This document shows, piece by piece, positions 40,529-50,310 of a DNA stretch of 64,000 nt. Numbering within the stretch: position 1 is the first letter of the stretch; each line of letters starts with the position of its first letter. The DNA comes from an uncultured Gemmatimonadales bacterium (lineage in GTDB: Bacteria; Gemmatimonadota; Gemmatimonadetes; Gemmatimonadales; GWC2-71-9), in assembly GCA_963804125.1 (NCBI GenBank), contig CAWDPF010000012.1:101556-165555 (forward strand). Direction: 5' to 3'. A program made the translations under genes and the position numbers. The notes under the pieces were generated by a model that was given only the letters and a program-made list of their open reading frames with translations, was not told the DNA's origin and searched no databases.

Positions 40529-40996
40529 TCAGCTCCTGCCGTCGGGGCCGACGATGATGAACGTGAGCGTGCCACCCACCGAGACGAACGGCAACTTGTT
40601 GCCGAGGGTCTGCTCCAGCGCCGTCTGCAGCCGCGGCGACGAGGCGGTGATCACCACCCCGATCTGCATGCCGGCGCTGGGCCCGCCGCCCGGCGGCGCG
40701 AAGTTCTCCCAATCGAGCTTGTACTCGGGCTTGTCGAAGCTGAAGTTCTGCGGAAGATAGGGCACGAGATCGGCGGGCACCTGCCCGGGGGCGGCCTCGT
40801 TGGGCCACGTGTTGTGCTCGTACCAGGCGCCGTAGGCCGCCAGGCGAACCGACTCGAGGTCCGCCGCCACCGCCACGGCGCGGGCACGGTGGCGCAGGTC
40901 GATGTACTTCAGGAGCGCAATGCCTGCCAGCAGGCCGATCACGATCATCACCGCCAGCAGCTCGATGATGGTGAATCCCTGGCGACGGCGGCTCAT
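40529..40996 (-). CDS. prepilin-type N-terminal cleavage/methylation domain protein (type IV pilin / pseudopilin-like)
   Basis: ATG at 40996 inside track ORF 40529-42004(-). MSRRRQG/FTIIELLAVMIVIGLLAGIALL carries the class III signal with Glu at +5. Confidence 0.8.
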   Translation of the reverse strand: MSRRRQGFTIIELLAVMIVIGLLAGIALLKYIDLRHRARAVAVAADLESVRLAAYGAWYEHNTWPNEAAPGQVPADLVPYLPQNFSFDKPEYKLDWENFAPPGGGPSAGMQIGVVITASSPRLQTALEQTLGNKLPFVSVGGTLTFIIVGPDGRS

Positions 40997-41521
40997 CGGG
41001 TTCTCCGGGCGATGACTTCGAAGCTGTTGCCGACAAACCGCGTCAACGATTCTCCCGACGTGAACGAGACTCGGATGCCCTCGCTCTCGCCTTCGAGCTG
41101 ATACCCCGCCGCGCGTCCGCTGGTAGCTGATCCCCGCGCCGTTCGCCCCGGCCTGCTCGAGCGTGGCCGGAAGCTGCCCCCGCTGCTGGCGGTAGCGCTC
41201 GATGTGCTGCGCGGCGTTGGCCACGCTGATCCGGAGGCTCGCCTGGCGCACCGCGGGGGACTCCGGGGCCGAGGCGACCGGGAAGACCCACTCGGGGCGC
41301 TCGACGTACAGGTACACCGACACGAAGGTGGCGATCACCGTGCAGACGACGAGGAGCAGTCGGGAGGCGCCGCGGCTGCGCCGCCGCGCTTCGGCCGCCA
41401 GCCGCTCGAGCTCGCGCTCCTCCGCCGCCGTCTTGAGCACGGTATCGAAGGCCTCCAGCAGCGCCTTCTTCTCGGGCGAGGCGGACGCGGTCGGCGGGGA
41501 CGTCGTGGTGTCCTGGCTCAT
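40993..41521 (-). pseudogene. single-pass membrane protein with a pseudopilin-like periplasmic domain, frame-disrupted near 41105
   Basis: ATG at 41521 (MSQDTTTSPP..KKALLEAFDTVLKTAAEERELERLAAEARRR..TM LLLVVCTVIATFVSVYLYV..RISVANAAQHIERYRQQRGQLPATLEQAG..ISYQRTRGG). The continuation YQLEGESEGIRVSFTSGESLTRFVGNSFEVIARRTR lies in the adjacent frame. It ends at a TGA that overlaps the pilin ATG (ATGA). Confidence 0.6.
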
Positions 41522-41547
41522 GTCGGTACTCCGGTAGTGGATCCGGC

Positions 41548-41925
41548 CTAGCGCGCCGGCCGCTCTCCGGCGAGCGCGCGCTCCACCTGCGCCGGGAAGG
41601 CCCGGATGTCGATGGGCTTCGTGATGTAGCCGTCGAACCCCGCCGCGAGCGCCCGCTCGCGGTCTCCGCTCATCGCGTGCGCCGTCAGCGCGTGGACCGC
41701 AAGGTCCCGGTGATCCGACGCGCGGATTTCGGCGAGCAGCGTGAAGCCGTCCTTGCCGGGCAGCTGGATGTCCATCAGGACCAGCTCCGGACGGTCGCGG
41801 TCCAGGGTCTCGAGCAACCCGTCGCCGCCGGCCAGGCCGACGACCTCGTGTCCCCGCATCGTGAGCAGCGTGCGGAACAGCCGCATGTTGTCGGGGCTGT
41901 CTTCGACGATCAGGATCTTGGGCAC
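41548..41925 (-). CDS. single-domain response regulator (DivK/CheY-like)
   Basis: Track ORF 41548-41925(-). The sequence reads MPKILIVEDSPDNMRLF..LVLMDIQLPGKDG..ALTAHAMSGDRERALAAGFDGYITKPI. Confidence 0.9.
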   Translation of the reverse strand: MPKILIVEDSPDNMRLFRTLLTMRGHEVVGLAGGDGLLETLDRDRPELVLMDIQLPGKDGFTLLAEIRASDHRDLAVHALTAHAMSGDRERALAAGFDGYITKPIDIRAFPAQVERALAGERPAR

Positions 41926-42026
41926 AGGTCACCCTCCCGCGGGCAAGAAATACGCCAGTGAGCGTGGCAAAACCGTGGCCGCCGGGCGACGGTCGGCCGC
42001 GCATTACTTCCGAAACGATTGTCCCG

Positions 42027-42221
42027 TCAGCTGTTGACGCGTTTGAGGACGGCGCGTACCCGGGCGACGAGAGAGCGCGTCTGAACCGGCTTGGTCAGGT
42101 AGTCCTGCGCGCCGAGATCCAGGGCTTTTTCCTCGCTCTCGCCGTGCTGTGCGGTGAGGACGATGACCGGCAGCGATGCGGTCCGCATCTGCGCGCGAAG
42201 CACGCCGCCCACGATCAGCAC
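42027..42221 (-). pseudogene. degenerate or truncated response-regulator receiver (C-terminal half only)
   Basis: Track ORF 42027-42221(-). ..LPVIVLTAQHGESEEKALDLGAQDYLTKPVQTRSLVARVRAVL corresponds to beta4-alpha5 of a receiver. No frame upstream encodes the DD pocket or the phospho-acceptor Asp. Confidence 0.6.
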
Positions 42222-42286
42222 GGGCCGAGCCAGGTGCCGCTCACCCGGCTCTCCCCGCGGTCCGCGTGGACCATGCTCGCACTCCG

Positions 42287-42315
42287 TTGAGAATCAACCG
42301 TCATGTCGATACAAT
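42287..42315 (+). promoter_or_regulatory. candidate sigma70-type promoter for tyrA-aroA-cmk
   Basis: TTGAGA, a 17-nt spacer, then TACAAT, read directly, about 93 nt upstream of GTG 42408. Confidence 0.4.
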
Positions 42316-42407
42316 GCGGGCCGACCTCTGGGCATTCACGGCGGCTGGCGCCGCCTCATTCGGGCGGCCGCATGCATTCCGTGACTTCGTCCAACGGAAC
42401 CTGACTC

Positions 42408-43256
42408 GTGCGTCCATCGTCGCTCACCGTGATCGGCCTGGGCGCCATCGGCGGCTCGCTGGCGTGGCAAGCGCGGCTGGCAGGCATTCCGCGTGTCGTC
42501 GGGGTCTCGGCCTCGCGCGCGGAGGGTGTCCAGGCGCTTCGGACTTCCGCGATCACCGAGCTCGCCGACACGCCCGCCAAGGCGGTGCGGGGTGCCGAGC
42601 TCGTGGTCCTGGCGGTCCCCGCGCAGGCTACGCTGGAACTTATCGGCCGGTTGCACTCGTTGCTTGAGCCCGGCGCCCTCCTGACGGACGTCTGCAGCGT
42701 GAAATCCCCGGTGGTCGCCCGGGCCACCGCCGAGGGCCTGGGCGACCGGTTCGCCGGCGGCCATCCGCTGGCGGGGACCCACGGCTCGGGATTCGCCGCG
42801 GCCCGCGCCGACCGCCTGCGCGGGTGCGTGGTCTACGTCTGCGAGACCGGGTCTCCCGGCGGCGACCAGGCCGCCCGGCGCGTGATGAGCTTCTGGGAGC
42901 AGGTGCTCGAGGCCCAGCCGGTGCTGATCGACGCGGCGGCGCACGACCGGCAGCTCGCCTGGACCAGCCATCTGCCGCAGGCCGTGGCGTCGGCCCTGGC
43001 CAAGGCGCTCGCCGACCGGGGGCTGGCCGGCGTCTCGTTCGGAACGGGCGCGCGGGACACCACGCGCCTGGCCGCCAGCAGCCCGGACATGTGGATCGAC
43101 ATCCTCCTCTACAATCGCGCCGCGGTGGTCGAGGCCCTCGAGGCCACGGAGCACAGCCTCGCCGATCTTCGGAGCCTGGTCGCCGCCGGTGACGCCGACG
43201 GGCTCCGGGCCTACCTGGCGGCCGCGCAGCGCTTCCGCGAAGGACTGGACCGATGA
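42408..43256 (+). CDS. tyrA: prephenate dehydrogenase
   Basis: Track ORF 42408-43256. The sequence reads ..VIGLGAIGGSLA..VVLAVP..LTDVCSVK..FAGGHPLAGTHGSGF..HDRQLAWTSHLPQ. Confidence 0.85.
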   Translation: MRPSSLTVIGLGAIGGSLAWQARLAGIPRVVGVSASRAEGVQALRTSAITELADTPAKAVRGAELVVLAVPAQATLELIGRLHSLLEPGALLTDVCSVKSPVVARATAEGLGDRFAGGHPLAGTHGSGFAAARADRLRGCVVYVCETGSPGGDQAARRVMSFWEQVLEAQPVLIDAAAHDRQLAWTSHLPQAVASALAKALADRGLAGVSFGTGARDTTRLAASSPDMWIDILLYNRAAVVEALEATEHSLADLRSLVAAGDADGLRAYLAAAQRFREGLDR

Positions 43257-44526
43257 TCGTGGGCGGCGCCGTGCGCGTGCCGGGCGACAAGAGCATCACC
43301 CACCGCGCGCTGCTGTTCGCCGCGCTGGCCCGGGGAAAGAGTCACGTGGGCGGCGCGCTGACCTCGCTCGATGCGCGGAGCAGCGCCCGGGTGCTGCGGC
43401 AGCTCGGCGCCGAGATCTCGCCGCTCCGTCCCGCGAGCGTCGTCTCCGTCGTCGGCCGTGGCCGCCTGCGCCGGCCGGACGCGACCCTCGACTGCGGCAA
43501 CTCCGGCACCACCACTCGGCTGCTCCTCGGCCTGCTCGCCGGACACCGCTTCTGCGGCCACGCTCACCGGCGATGCCTCGCTCCGCCGCCGGCCGATGCG
43601 GCGGGTCACGGTGCCGCTCTCGCGCATGGGCGCGAGGTTCACCGAGCAGGCCGGCGACGGGCTTCCGCTCACCGTGCGGGGCGGGGCCCTGACCCCGCTC
43701 ACGTACGAGATGCCGGTATCGAGCGCGCAGATCAAGAGCGCCATCCTGCTGGCCGGACTCGCGGGCAGCGTCGAGGTCGCCCTCCGGGAGCCGCACGGCC
43801 GCTCGCGCGACCACAGCGAGCGGCTGCTCCGCGCCTTCGGCTACCGCGTGGACGAGACCGACGGCTGGATCCGGTTCGCGCCGACCGGCCGGCTCGAGCC
43901 GTTCGAGCTGCAGGTCCCCGGCGATCCCTCGTCGGCCGCGTTTCTGGTCGGGGCGGCCGTACTGGCGGAAGGGGGCGAGCTCCGCATCGCCGGCGTGGGC
44001 GTCAATCCGACGCGGACCGGGTTCCTCGCGGTGCTCGCGCGGATGGGCGCGCCGGTCGCGGTGGAGGACGTCACCGAGCACTTCGGCGAGCCCGTGGCCG
44101 ACCTGGTCGTGCGGCCGGCGCGGCTCCGCGCCACGGAGGTCGCGGCCGGCGAGATCCCGGGGCTGATCGACGAGATTCCCCTGCTCGCGGTGCTCGCGGC
44201 GCGCGCCGAGGGAACGACGGTCTTCCGCGCAGGTCGGCGAGCTCCGGGTGAAGGAGAGCGACCGGCTCGGCCTGATCGCGGAAAACCTGCGCTCGGTGGG
44301 CTGCCGGGCGGAGGTGTCGGGTGACGATCTGTACGTCGAGGGCGGCAGCGCGCCGCCGCGCGGGGCGGTGCGGAGCGCTGCCGATCACCGGCTGGCAATG
44401 GCGTTCGCCGTGCTCGGCACGGTTCCGGGGGCCCGGATCCGGGTGGACGACATGGCGTGCGCGGCGGTGAGCTTTCCTCGCTTCCCCGAGACCCTGCGCG
44501 GGCTGGCCCGGAGGGCCCGTCCGTGA
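43253..44526 (+). pseudogene. aroA: 3-phosphoshikimate 1-carboxyvinyltransferase (EPSP synthase), frame-disrupted near 43552 and 44229
   Basis: ATG 43253 overlaps the tyrA stop (ATGA). The segments ..VPGDKSITHRALLFAAL..LDCGNSGTTTRLLLGLLAG / ..TLTGDASLRRRPMRRV..SSAQIKSAILLAGL..VPGDPSSAAF..EIPLLAVLAARAEGTTVFR / QVGELRVKESDRL..DHRLAMAFAVLG.. lie in three successive frames (track ORFs 43253, 43371 and 44248). Confidence 0.9.
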
Positions 44527-45235
44527 AGGGCGGCGTGCGTCGCCATCGACGGACCGTCGGCATCGGGCAAGTCCACCACGGCCCGGGCCGTCGCCGAGGC
44601 GATCGGGTTCGCGCATCTCGACTCGGGCGCGCTGTATCGCGGGGTGACGCTCGTGGCGCTGCGGGAGGCGGCCCGCCGCGGCCGGGCCGACGCGGACCCG
44701 CTGGCGGTGCTCGACGCCGAGACCATCCTCCGCGCCGCCGAGGACCGCGGGCTCATGCTCCAGCCCGATGGGGCCGGGTTCGCGGCCTACCTCGAGGGGG
44801 AGCCGGTGGACGCCGAGATCCGGGGCGCCCGCGTCACGGGCGCCGTGTCGGCGGTGTCGGCCGTGCCGGTCGTCCGGGAGTGGGTCAACACGCGCCTCCG
44901 CGCCATGGTGCGCGCCGGGCGGGACGTCGTCGTGGACGGCCGGGACATCGGCACGGTGGTCTTTCCGGATGCCGACCTCAAGATCTTCCTCACCGCGTCG
45001 CCCGAGACCCGGGCGGGACGACGCGTCAACCAGCGCGGCCTGGCGCCCGATCCGGCGCAGCTCGAGGCCGAGGCGATGGCGCTCGCGGCCCGGGACCAGG
45101 CCGATTCGACGCCGTGCGGTGGCGCCGCTGCGGCCGGCGGACGACGCGGTGCCGCTCGACACGACCGGGCTCACCTTCGCGGAGCAGGTCGGCAAGATCG
45201 TGGCGCTCGCCCGGCCGATTTTCGGGCGGCCGTAG
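44523..45235 (+). pseudogene. cmk: cytidylate kinase, frame-disrupted near 44540 and 45112
   Basis: GTG 44523 overlaps the aroA stop. The P-loop ..AIDGPSASGKSTTARAVAEAIGFAHLDSGALYR.. and ..VVDGRDIGTVVFPDADLKIFLTASPETRA.. lie in the frame of track ORF 44644. The C-terminus ..APLRPADDAVPLDTTGLTFAEQV.. lies in track ORF 44768-45235. Confidence 0.85.
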
Positions 45236-45290
45236 GGCAGCCCGGGCTCGAGCCTGCCCTCGAGTCTTCCGTTCAAGTGCTTGTCCCACC

Positions 45291-45320
45291 TTGCGTTGCC
45301 ACCGTACCCGCGTTTATCAT
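45291..45320 (+). promoter_or_regulatory. candidate sigma70-type promoter for rpsA
   Basis: TTGCGT, an 18-nt spacer, then TATCAT, read directly, about 100 nt upstream of ATG 45419. Confidence 0.35.
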
Positions 45321-45418
45321 TACGGGCTTCCTCCCCCGGCACTTCCGCCGAGGGATGGGTTCACCACTCTCTCCCGCGGCCCGGACGGCGCGGTAGTACA
45401 AAGGACGGCCAGCACCGC

Positions 45419-47128
45419 ATGCTCGATCAACTCCAACCCGCCACCCACCAGACCTTCATTTCCCCCACCGGCCTCCGCGTCCGGCAGGACCTCTACGACG
45501 AAGAGTACTCCGACGAAGACTACGAGCAGATGCTCTCGATGTACGAGGGCACCATGGCGCAGATCGTCGAGGGCGAGATCGTCAAGTCGAAGGTCCTCCG
45601 CGTCACGGACAACGCCGTCATCCTCGACGTCGGCTTCAAGTCGGAAGGCTCCGTCCCCCTCGACGAGTTCAAAGACCCCCAGTCGCTGAAGGAAGGCGAC
45701 GAGGTCGAGGTCTTCCTCGAGCACCTCGAGGACCAGGAGGGCGCGGTCGTCCTGTCGAAGAAGAAGGCCGACTTCATGCGGGTGTGGGAGAAGATCCGCG
45801 TGGCCCACGAGAGCGACGAGCCGGTCGAGGGCACGCTGGTCAAGAAGATCAAGGGCGGCGTGGTGGTGAACCTGATGGGCGTCGACGCGTTCCTCCCCGG
45901 CAGCCAGATCGCGCTCCGGCGGGTGCCGAACATCGACGAGCTGCTCGGGTCGACCTACGAGTTCAAGATCATCAAGCTCAACAAGCGCCGGCGCAACATC
46001 GTCGTGAGCCGCCGGGTGATCCTGGAGAACGAGCGGGCGCACAAGCGCGAGCACCTGATGAAGGAGCTCGCCGTCGGCCAGGTGCGGAAGGGCGTGGTCA
46101 AGAACATCACCGACTTCGGCGCCTTCATCGACCTCGGCGGCGTGGACGGCCTGCTGCACATCACCGACATGTCCTACGGCCGGGTCTCGCACCCGACCGA
46201 GATGGTCGCCATCGGCAAGGAAGTCGAGGTCAAGATCCTCGACATCGACTGGCAGCGCGAGCGCATCAGCCTCGGCATGAAGCAGCTGCAGTCGTACCCG
46301 TGGCAGAACGTGGCCGCCAAGTACCCGGTCGGCACCCGCGTCCAGGGCAAGGTCGTCTCGATCACCAACTACGGCGCGTTCGTCGAGATCGAGCCGGGCA
46401 TCGAGGGCCTGGTCCACATCTCCGAGATGAGCTGGACCCGGAACGTGCGCCACCCGTCCAAGATCGTGAGCATCGGTGAGACCATAGAGGCGGTCGTGCT
46501 CAAGGTCGACGAGGCGGAAGAGAAGATCTCGCTCGGCATGAAGCAGACCGAGCAGGATCCGTGGATGGTGCTGCCGCTCAAGTACCCGGTGGGCACCCGG
46601 ATCCAGGGCAAGGTCCGGAACCTCACCAGCTTCGGCGCCTTCGTCGAGATCGAGCCGGGCATCGACGGCCTGATCCACATCTCCGACATGTCCTGGACCA
46701 AGCGCGTCCAGCACCCGTCCGAGGTGGTCAAGAAGGGCGACGGCGTGGACGTCGTGATCCTCAACATCGACGCCGAGAACAAGCGGATCTCGCTCGGGCT
46801 CAAGCAGGCCGAGGAGGATCCGTGGCTCCGGATCGGGGAGACCTATCCGATCGGCCTCGAGCTTCGCGGCCGCGCCGTGCGCCTGATGGACAAGGGCGTC
46901 GTCGTGGACCTCGGCAACGACATCGAGGGCTTTGTCCCGATGTCGCAGCTCGGCATCGCCAACATCGAGAACCCCGGCGACGCGGTGAAGGAAGGCCAGC
47001 CGCTCGACCTCAAGGTGCTCGAGGTGGATCCGATCCATCACCGCATCGTGCTGGCGGTGGTCGGCTATCCGGACGAGCCGATCATCCCGCCGGTCAGGCC
47101 GGTGTACGAGGAGAGCAAGGCGGAGTAG
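45419..47128 (+). CDS. rpsA: 30S ribosomal protein S1
   Basis: ATG 45419 in track ORF 45281-47128. It has six S1 repeats (..GEIVKSKVLRV.., ..GVVKNITDFGAFIDLGGVDGLLHITDMS.., ..GKVVSITNYGAFVEIEPGIEGLVHISEMS.. and others). Confidence 0.95.
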   Translation: MLDQLQPATHQTFISPTGLRVRQDLYDEEYSDEDYEQMLSMYEGTMAQIVEGEIVKSKVLRVTDNAVILDVGFKSEGSVPLDEFKDPQSLKEGDEVEVFLEHLEDQEGAVVLSKKKADFMRVWEKIRVAHESDEPVEGTLVKKIKGGVVVNLMGVDAFLPGSQIALRRVPNIDELLGSTYEFKIIKLNKRRRNIVVSRRVILENERAHKREHLMKELAVGQVRKGVVKNITDFGAFIDLGGVDGLLHITDMSYGRVSHPTEMVAIGKEVEVKILDIDWQRERISLGMKQLQSYPWQNVAAKYPVGTRVQGKVVSITNYGAFVEIEPGIEGLVHISEMSWTRNVRHPSKIVSIGETIEAVVLKVDEAEEKISLGMKQTEQDPWMVLPLKYPVGTRIQGKVRNLTSFGAFVEIEPGIDGLIHISDMSWTKRVQHPSEVVKKGDGVDVVILNIDAENKRISLGLKQAEEDPWLRIGETYPIGLELRGRAVRLMDKGVVVDLGNDIEGFVPMSQLGIANIENPGDAVKEGQPLDLKVLEVDPIHHRIVLAVVGYPDEPIIPPVRPVYEESKAE

Positions 47129-47214
47129 GCGCAGCGCCGAACGGCGGAACGAGCGGGTCCCTTCACGGGACCCGTTCTCGTATCCGGCCACCGAGACAAC
47201 CTCCGGAGGTGTCG

Positions 47215-48472
47215 ATGAGCACCTGGGCCAGCGATTCGATCCCGCAACAGCTCGTTCCCGAGGCCGCGCGCATCCGTCCCGGCGTGCCGTTCGACCCGGC
47301 GGCGGCGACGCAGGCCTACCTCGCCACCGTGCCCGCCGACGTCCGCGCGCGCTCGGACGCGTACACCGAGGGCGGGTACTGGATTCAGGTCTGGGGCGTG
47401 CTGCTCTCGGCGGCGATCCTGCTCCTGCTCCTCCGGACCGGCTGGTCGCGGCGCATCCGCGACTGGGCCGAGCGGCGGAGCCGCCATCGCCCGGTCCGCA
47501 CGTTTCTCTACTACGTGCCCTTTACGCTCGCCGTCACCCTGCTGACGTTTCCGTTCACGGTGTACACGGGCTTCGTGCGCGAGCACGCGTACGGCCTCGC
47601 CACCCAGAGCTTCGGCGGCTGGATGCGGGATCAGATGGTCGGCCTCGGGGTGTCGCTCGTCCTGGGCGGCATCGCCGTGAGCCGTCCTGTACCAGGTGCT
47701 CCACCGCTTCCCGCGCGCGTGGCCGGCGCTGGGCGCCGCCGTGACGACGGGCTTCATCGTGGTGGGGGCGCTGATCGCACCGATCTTCATCGCGCCGCTG
47801 TTCAACCGGTACACCCTCCTGGCCGACGCGCGCATCCGCGAGCCGATCGTCCGGCTGGCGCACGCCAACGGCATCGCCGCCGACCGGGTGTACGTGATGG
47901 ACGCATCGCGCCAGACCACGCGCATCAGCGCCAACGTGTCCGGGCTGCTGGGAACCGAGCGGATCACGCTCAACGACAACCTGCTCCGGCGAGCGTCCCT
48001 GCCCGAGATCGAGGCGGTCATGGGCCACGAGATGGGCCACTACGTCCTGTACCACATCTACCAGTTCATCCTGTTCTTCGCGCTCGTGGCCGTGGGCGGG
48101 TTCGCGCTGCTCCGGGCCGGGTTCGCGTGGGCCGTGGCGCGCCGGGGCGAGGCCTGGGGGGTTCGTGGGATCGACGATCCCGCGGGGCTGCCCCTGCTCA
48201 CGCTGATCTTCACGGTGTACCTCTTCGTCCTGACGCCGATCCTCAACACCTACGTCCGGAGCAACGAGGCCGCGGCCGATATCTTCGGCCTCAACGCCTC
48301 GCGCCAGCCCGACGGGTTCGCCCTGATCGCCCTCAAGCTCGCCGACTACCGGAAGCTCGATCCGGGGCCGCTGGAGGAGGTGCTGTGGTTCGATCATCCC
48401 AGCGGCCGCGCGCGCATCCGGATGGCGATGCAGTGGAAGGCGGCCGAGCTCGCGCCGCGCGGCGGCGAGTAG
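47215..48472 (+). pseudogene. M48 family (Ste24/HtpX-like) zinc metallopeptidase, frame-disrupted near 47680
   Basis: ATG 47215 follows GGAGG, and the N-terminal TM region is in the frame of track ORF 46561. The continuation AVLYQVLHRF..MGHEMGHYVLYH..EAAADIFGL.. is in track ORF 47696-48472. Confidence 0.85.
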
Positions 48473-48479
48473 CCACTCG

Positions 48480-49148
48480 ATGACCGCCTTTGTGCTGAAG
48501 GTCGCGGGCTCTCTGTTCGTCGCGGCCGCCGTCATGCTCTGGCTGGGCTGGACGCTGCTGCGCGTCCGGCCCAGCGGGTTCTTCCTGCCGCGGCAGTTCA
48601 GCCGGATCCGGGCGGACTACCGCCGGTGGATCTGGCTGTATCGAGTGCACATCTTCGGCTATCTCGTCACCATCATGGGCGCCGCGGCGCTGGCCGCGGC
48701 GGTGGCCGGGCCGGATGACCGGGTGCTGATCTGGCCGGGGCTCGCCGTGCTCGCCGTCGGCTCGCTCGTGGGCGCGCTGGGCGCGGCGTTCTACTACCAC
48801 ATGGGCGCCTGGGGCGCGCTCGACCTCGATGGACGGGGCGAGGATGAGATCGGCCGCTTCATCGGCGGGCTCAAGGTCCTCACCCACTACGTGACCTGCC
48901 TGGTGCGCTTCGGCCGCGTGTTCTTCGGGCTCGGCCAGGTCGTGCTCGCCGCGGGCCTGCTGCACGCCGGCATCCTGCCCGCCTGGGTGGCGGTCGCCGC
49001 GGGCCTGCTCGGCCTCGCGGCCATCGGCGTGACGATGGCCAAGCCGGACGAGCTCGAGCGCTATCGGCCGATCTTCCATCTCAACGCGGCGTGGATGCTG
49101 GTCCTGGGCCTGGTCATGCTGCGCGCGGGGATCGGTGCCGCCGGCTGA
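48480..49148 (+). CDS. hypothetical polytopic membrane protein
   Basis: Track ORF 48480-49148. Confidence 0.6.
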   Translation: MTAFVLKVAGSLFVAAAVMLWLGWTLLRVRPSGFFLPRQFSRIRADYRRWIWLYRVHIFGYLVTIMGAAALAAAVAGPDDRVLIWPGLAVLAVGSLVGALGAAFYYHMGAWGALDLDGRGEDEIGRFIGGLKVLTHYVTCLVRFGRVFFGLGQVVLAAGLLHAGILPAWVAVAAGLLGLAAIGVTMAKPDELERYRPIFHLNAAWMLVLGLVMLRAGIGAAG

Positions 49149-50310
49149 GACCCGGCTGCTGCTCGTCGGGGCGGGGCACGTCCACCTCGAGATCCTCCGC
49201 CGGCTCGCGCTCGAGCCGACCCCGGAGCTCGAGACGACGATCGTGTCGCTCGAGGAGCGCCACTTCTACTCCGGCATGACGCCGGGCTACCTCGCCGGCC
49301 AGTACACGGCGGCCGACATCACCTCCGACGTGCCGGCCATCGCGCGGCGGGCGGGCGCGCGATGCGTGATCGGCTGCGCCGCCCGTCTCGACCCCGCGAC
49401 GCGGCAGGTCGCGCTGCAGGACGGGCGAACGCTGCCGTACGACCTGGTCTCGTTCAACATCGGCTCGCTGCTCGCCGGCTCGGACGGGCCGGCGGCCGCG
49501 CACGCGGAGCGGATCAAGCCGCTGCACCGCGTGGCCCGCCTCAAGGAGCGGCTCGACGCCCTCGCGGATGGGGATCGGACTCGGCCGGCGCGCGTCGTCG
49601 TCATCGGCGCGGGTGCGGGCGGGGTGGAGGTCGCCTTCGCGGCGGCGGCGACCCTCGACCGGGGCGGACGAGCGCGCGAGATCACGATCGTGGACCGTGG
49701 CCGGCGCATCCTGAACGACTACGGCGAGCCGTTCCAGCGGTTGGCCGAACGGGCGCTGAGGGCGCGCGGCATCGGTCTCCGGCTCGGGGTCGGGGTCACG
49801 GCGGTGGACGCCGATCAGGTCGTGCTCGAAGGCGAGGGCCCGCTCCCCAGCGACCTGACGGTGTGGCTCACCGGACCCCAGGGGGCACCACTGCTCGGCG
49901 CTTCCGGCCTGCCGACCGAGCCGCGCGGATTTCTGTGGATCGAGGATACGCTCCGGAGCGTCGCCGATCCGCGGGTGTTCGCGGTCGGTGACTGCGGCAC
50001 CTTCACGCAGTTTCCCGCGATCGCCAAGTCCGGGCGTGTATGCCGTCCGCGAGGCGCCCATCCTCTGGCACAACCTGCTCGCCGCGGCTCGCGGCCAGCC
50101 CCTCGATGCGCTATCGGCCGCAGCGGTCGTTCCTCTCCATCCTCAACACGGCCGACGGCCGGGCGCTGCTCAGGTACAAGGGGCTTTCGCAGCTGGAGCC
50201 GGTGGGCCTGGTGGCTGAAGGATCGGATCGACCGGGGGTTCATGCGGAAGTACCAGCGGCTGGAGACGCAGGCCGAGGCGGAGCCGTCATCGGCCGCCTC
50301 GTCACCCTGA
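49135..50310 (+). pseudogene. FAD/NAD(P)-dependent pyridine nucleotide-disulfide oxidoreductase (NDH-2/SQR-like), frame-disrupted three times within about 160 nt near the 3' end
   Basis: Track ORF 49135 reads ..LLLVGAGHVHLE..VVVIGAGAGGVEVAFA..VFAVGDCG... The 3' segments VYAVREAPILWHNLLAAARGQPL / RYRPQRSFLSILNTADGRALLRYKGLS / SWSRWAWWLKDRIDRGFMRKYQRL lie in three frames (track ORFs 49988, 50040 and 49135). Confidence 0.8.

Noticed and set aside
45320-47191. A 623-aa ORF on the minus strand, with a striking internal periodicity (..DLALD..HLGDVDQA.. repeats).
   Set aside because: It lies exactly antisense to rpsA, and its repeats mirror the six S1 domains. It is Arg/Asp/Leu/His-rich in the way typical of shadow ORFs in high-GC DNA. 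The plus-strand S1 protein is unambiguous.
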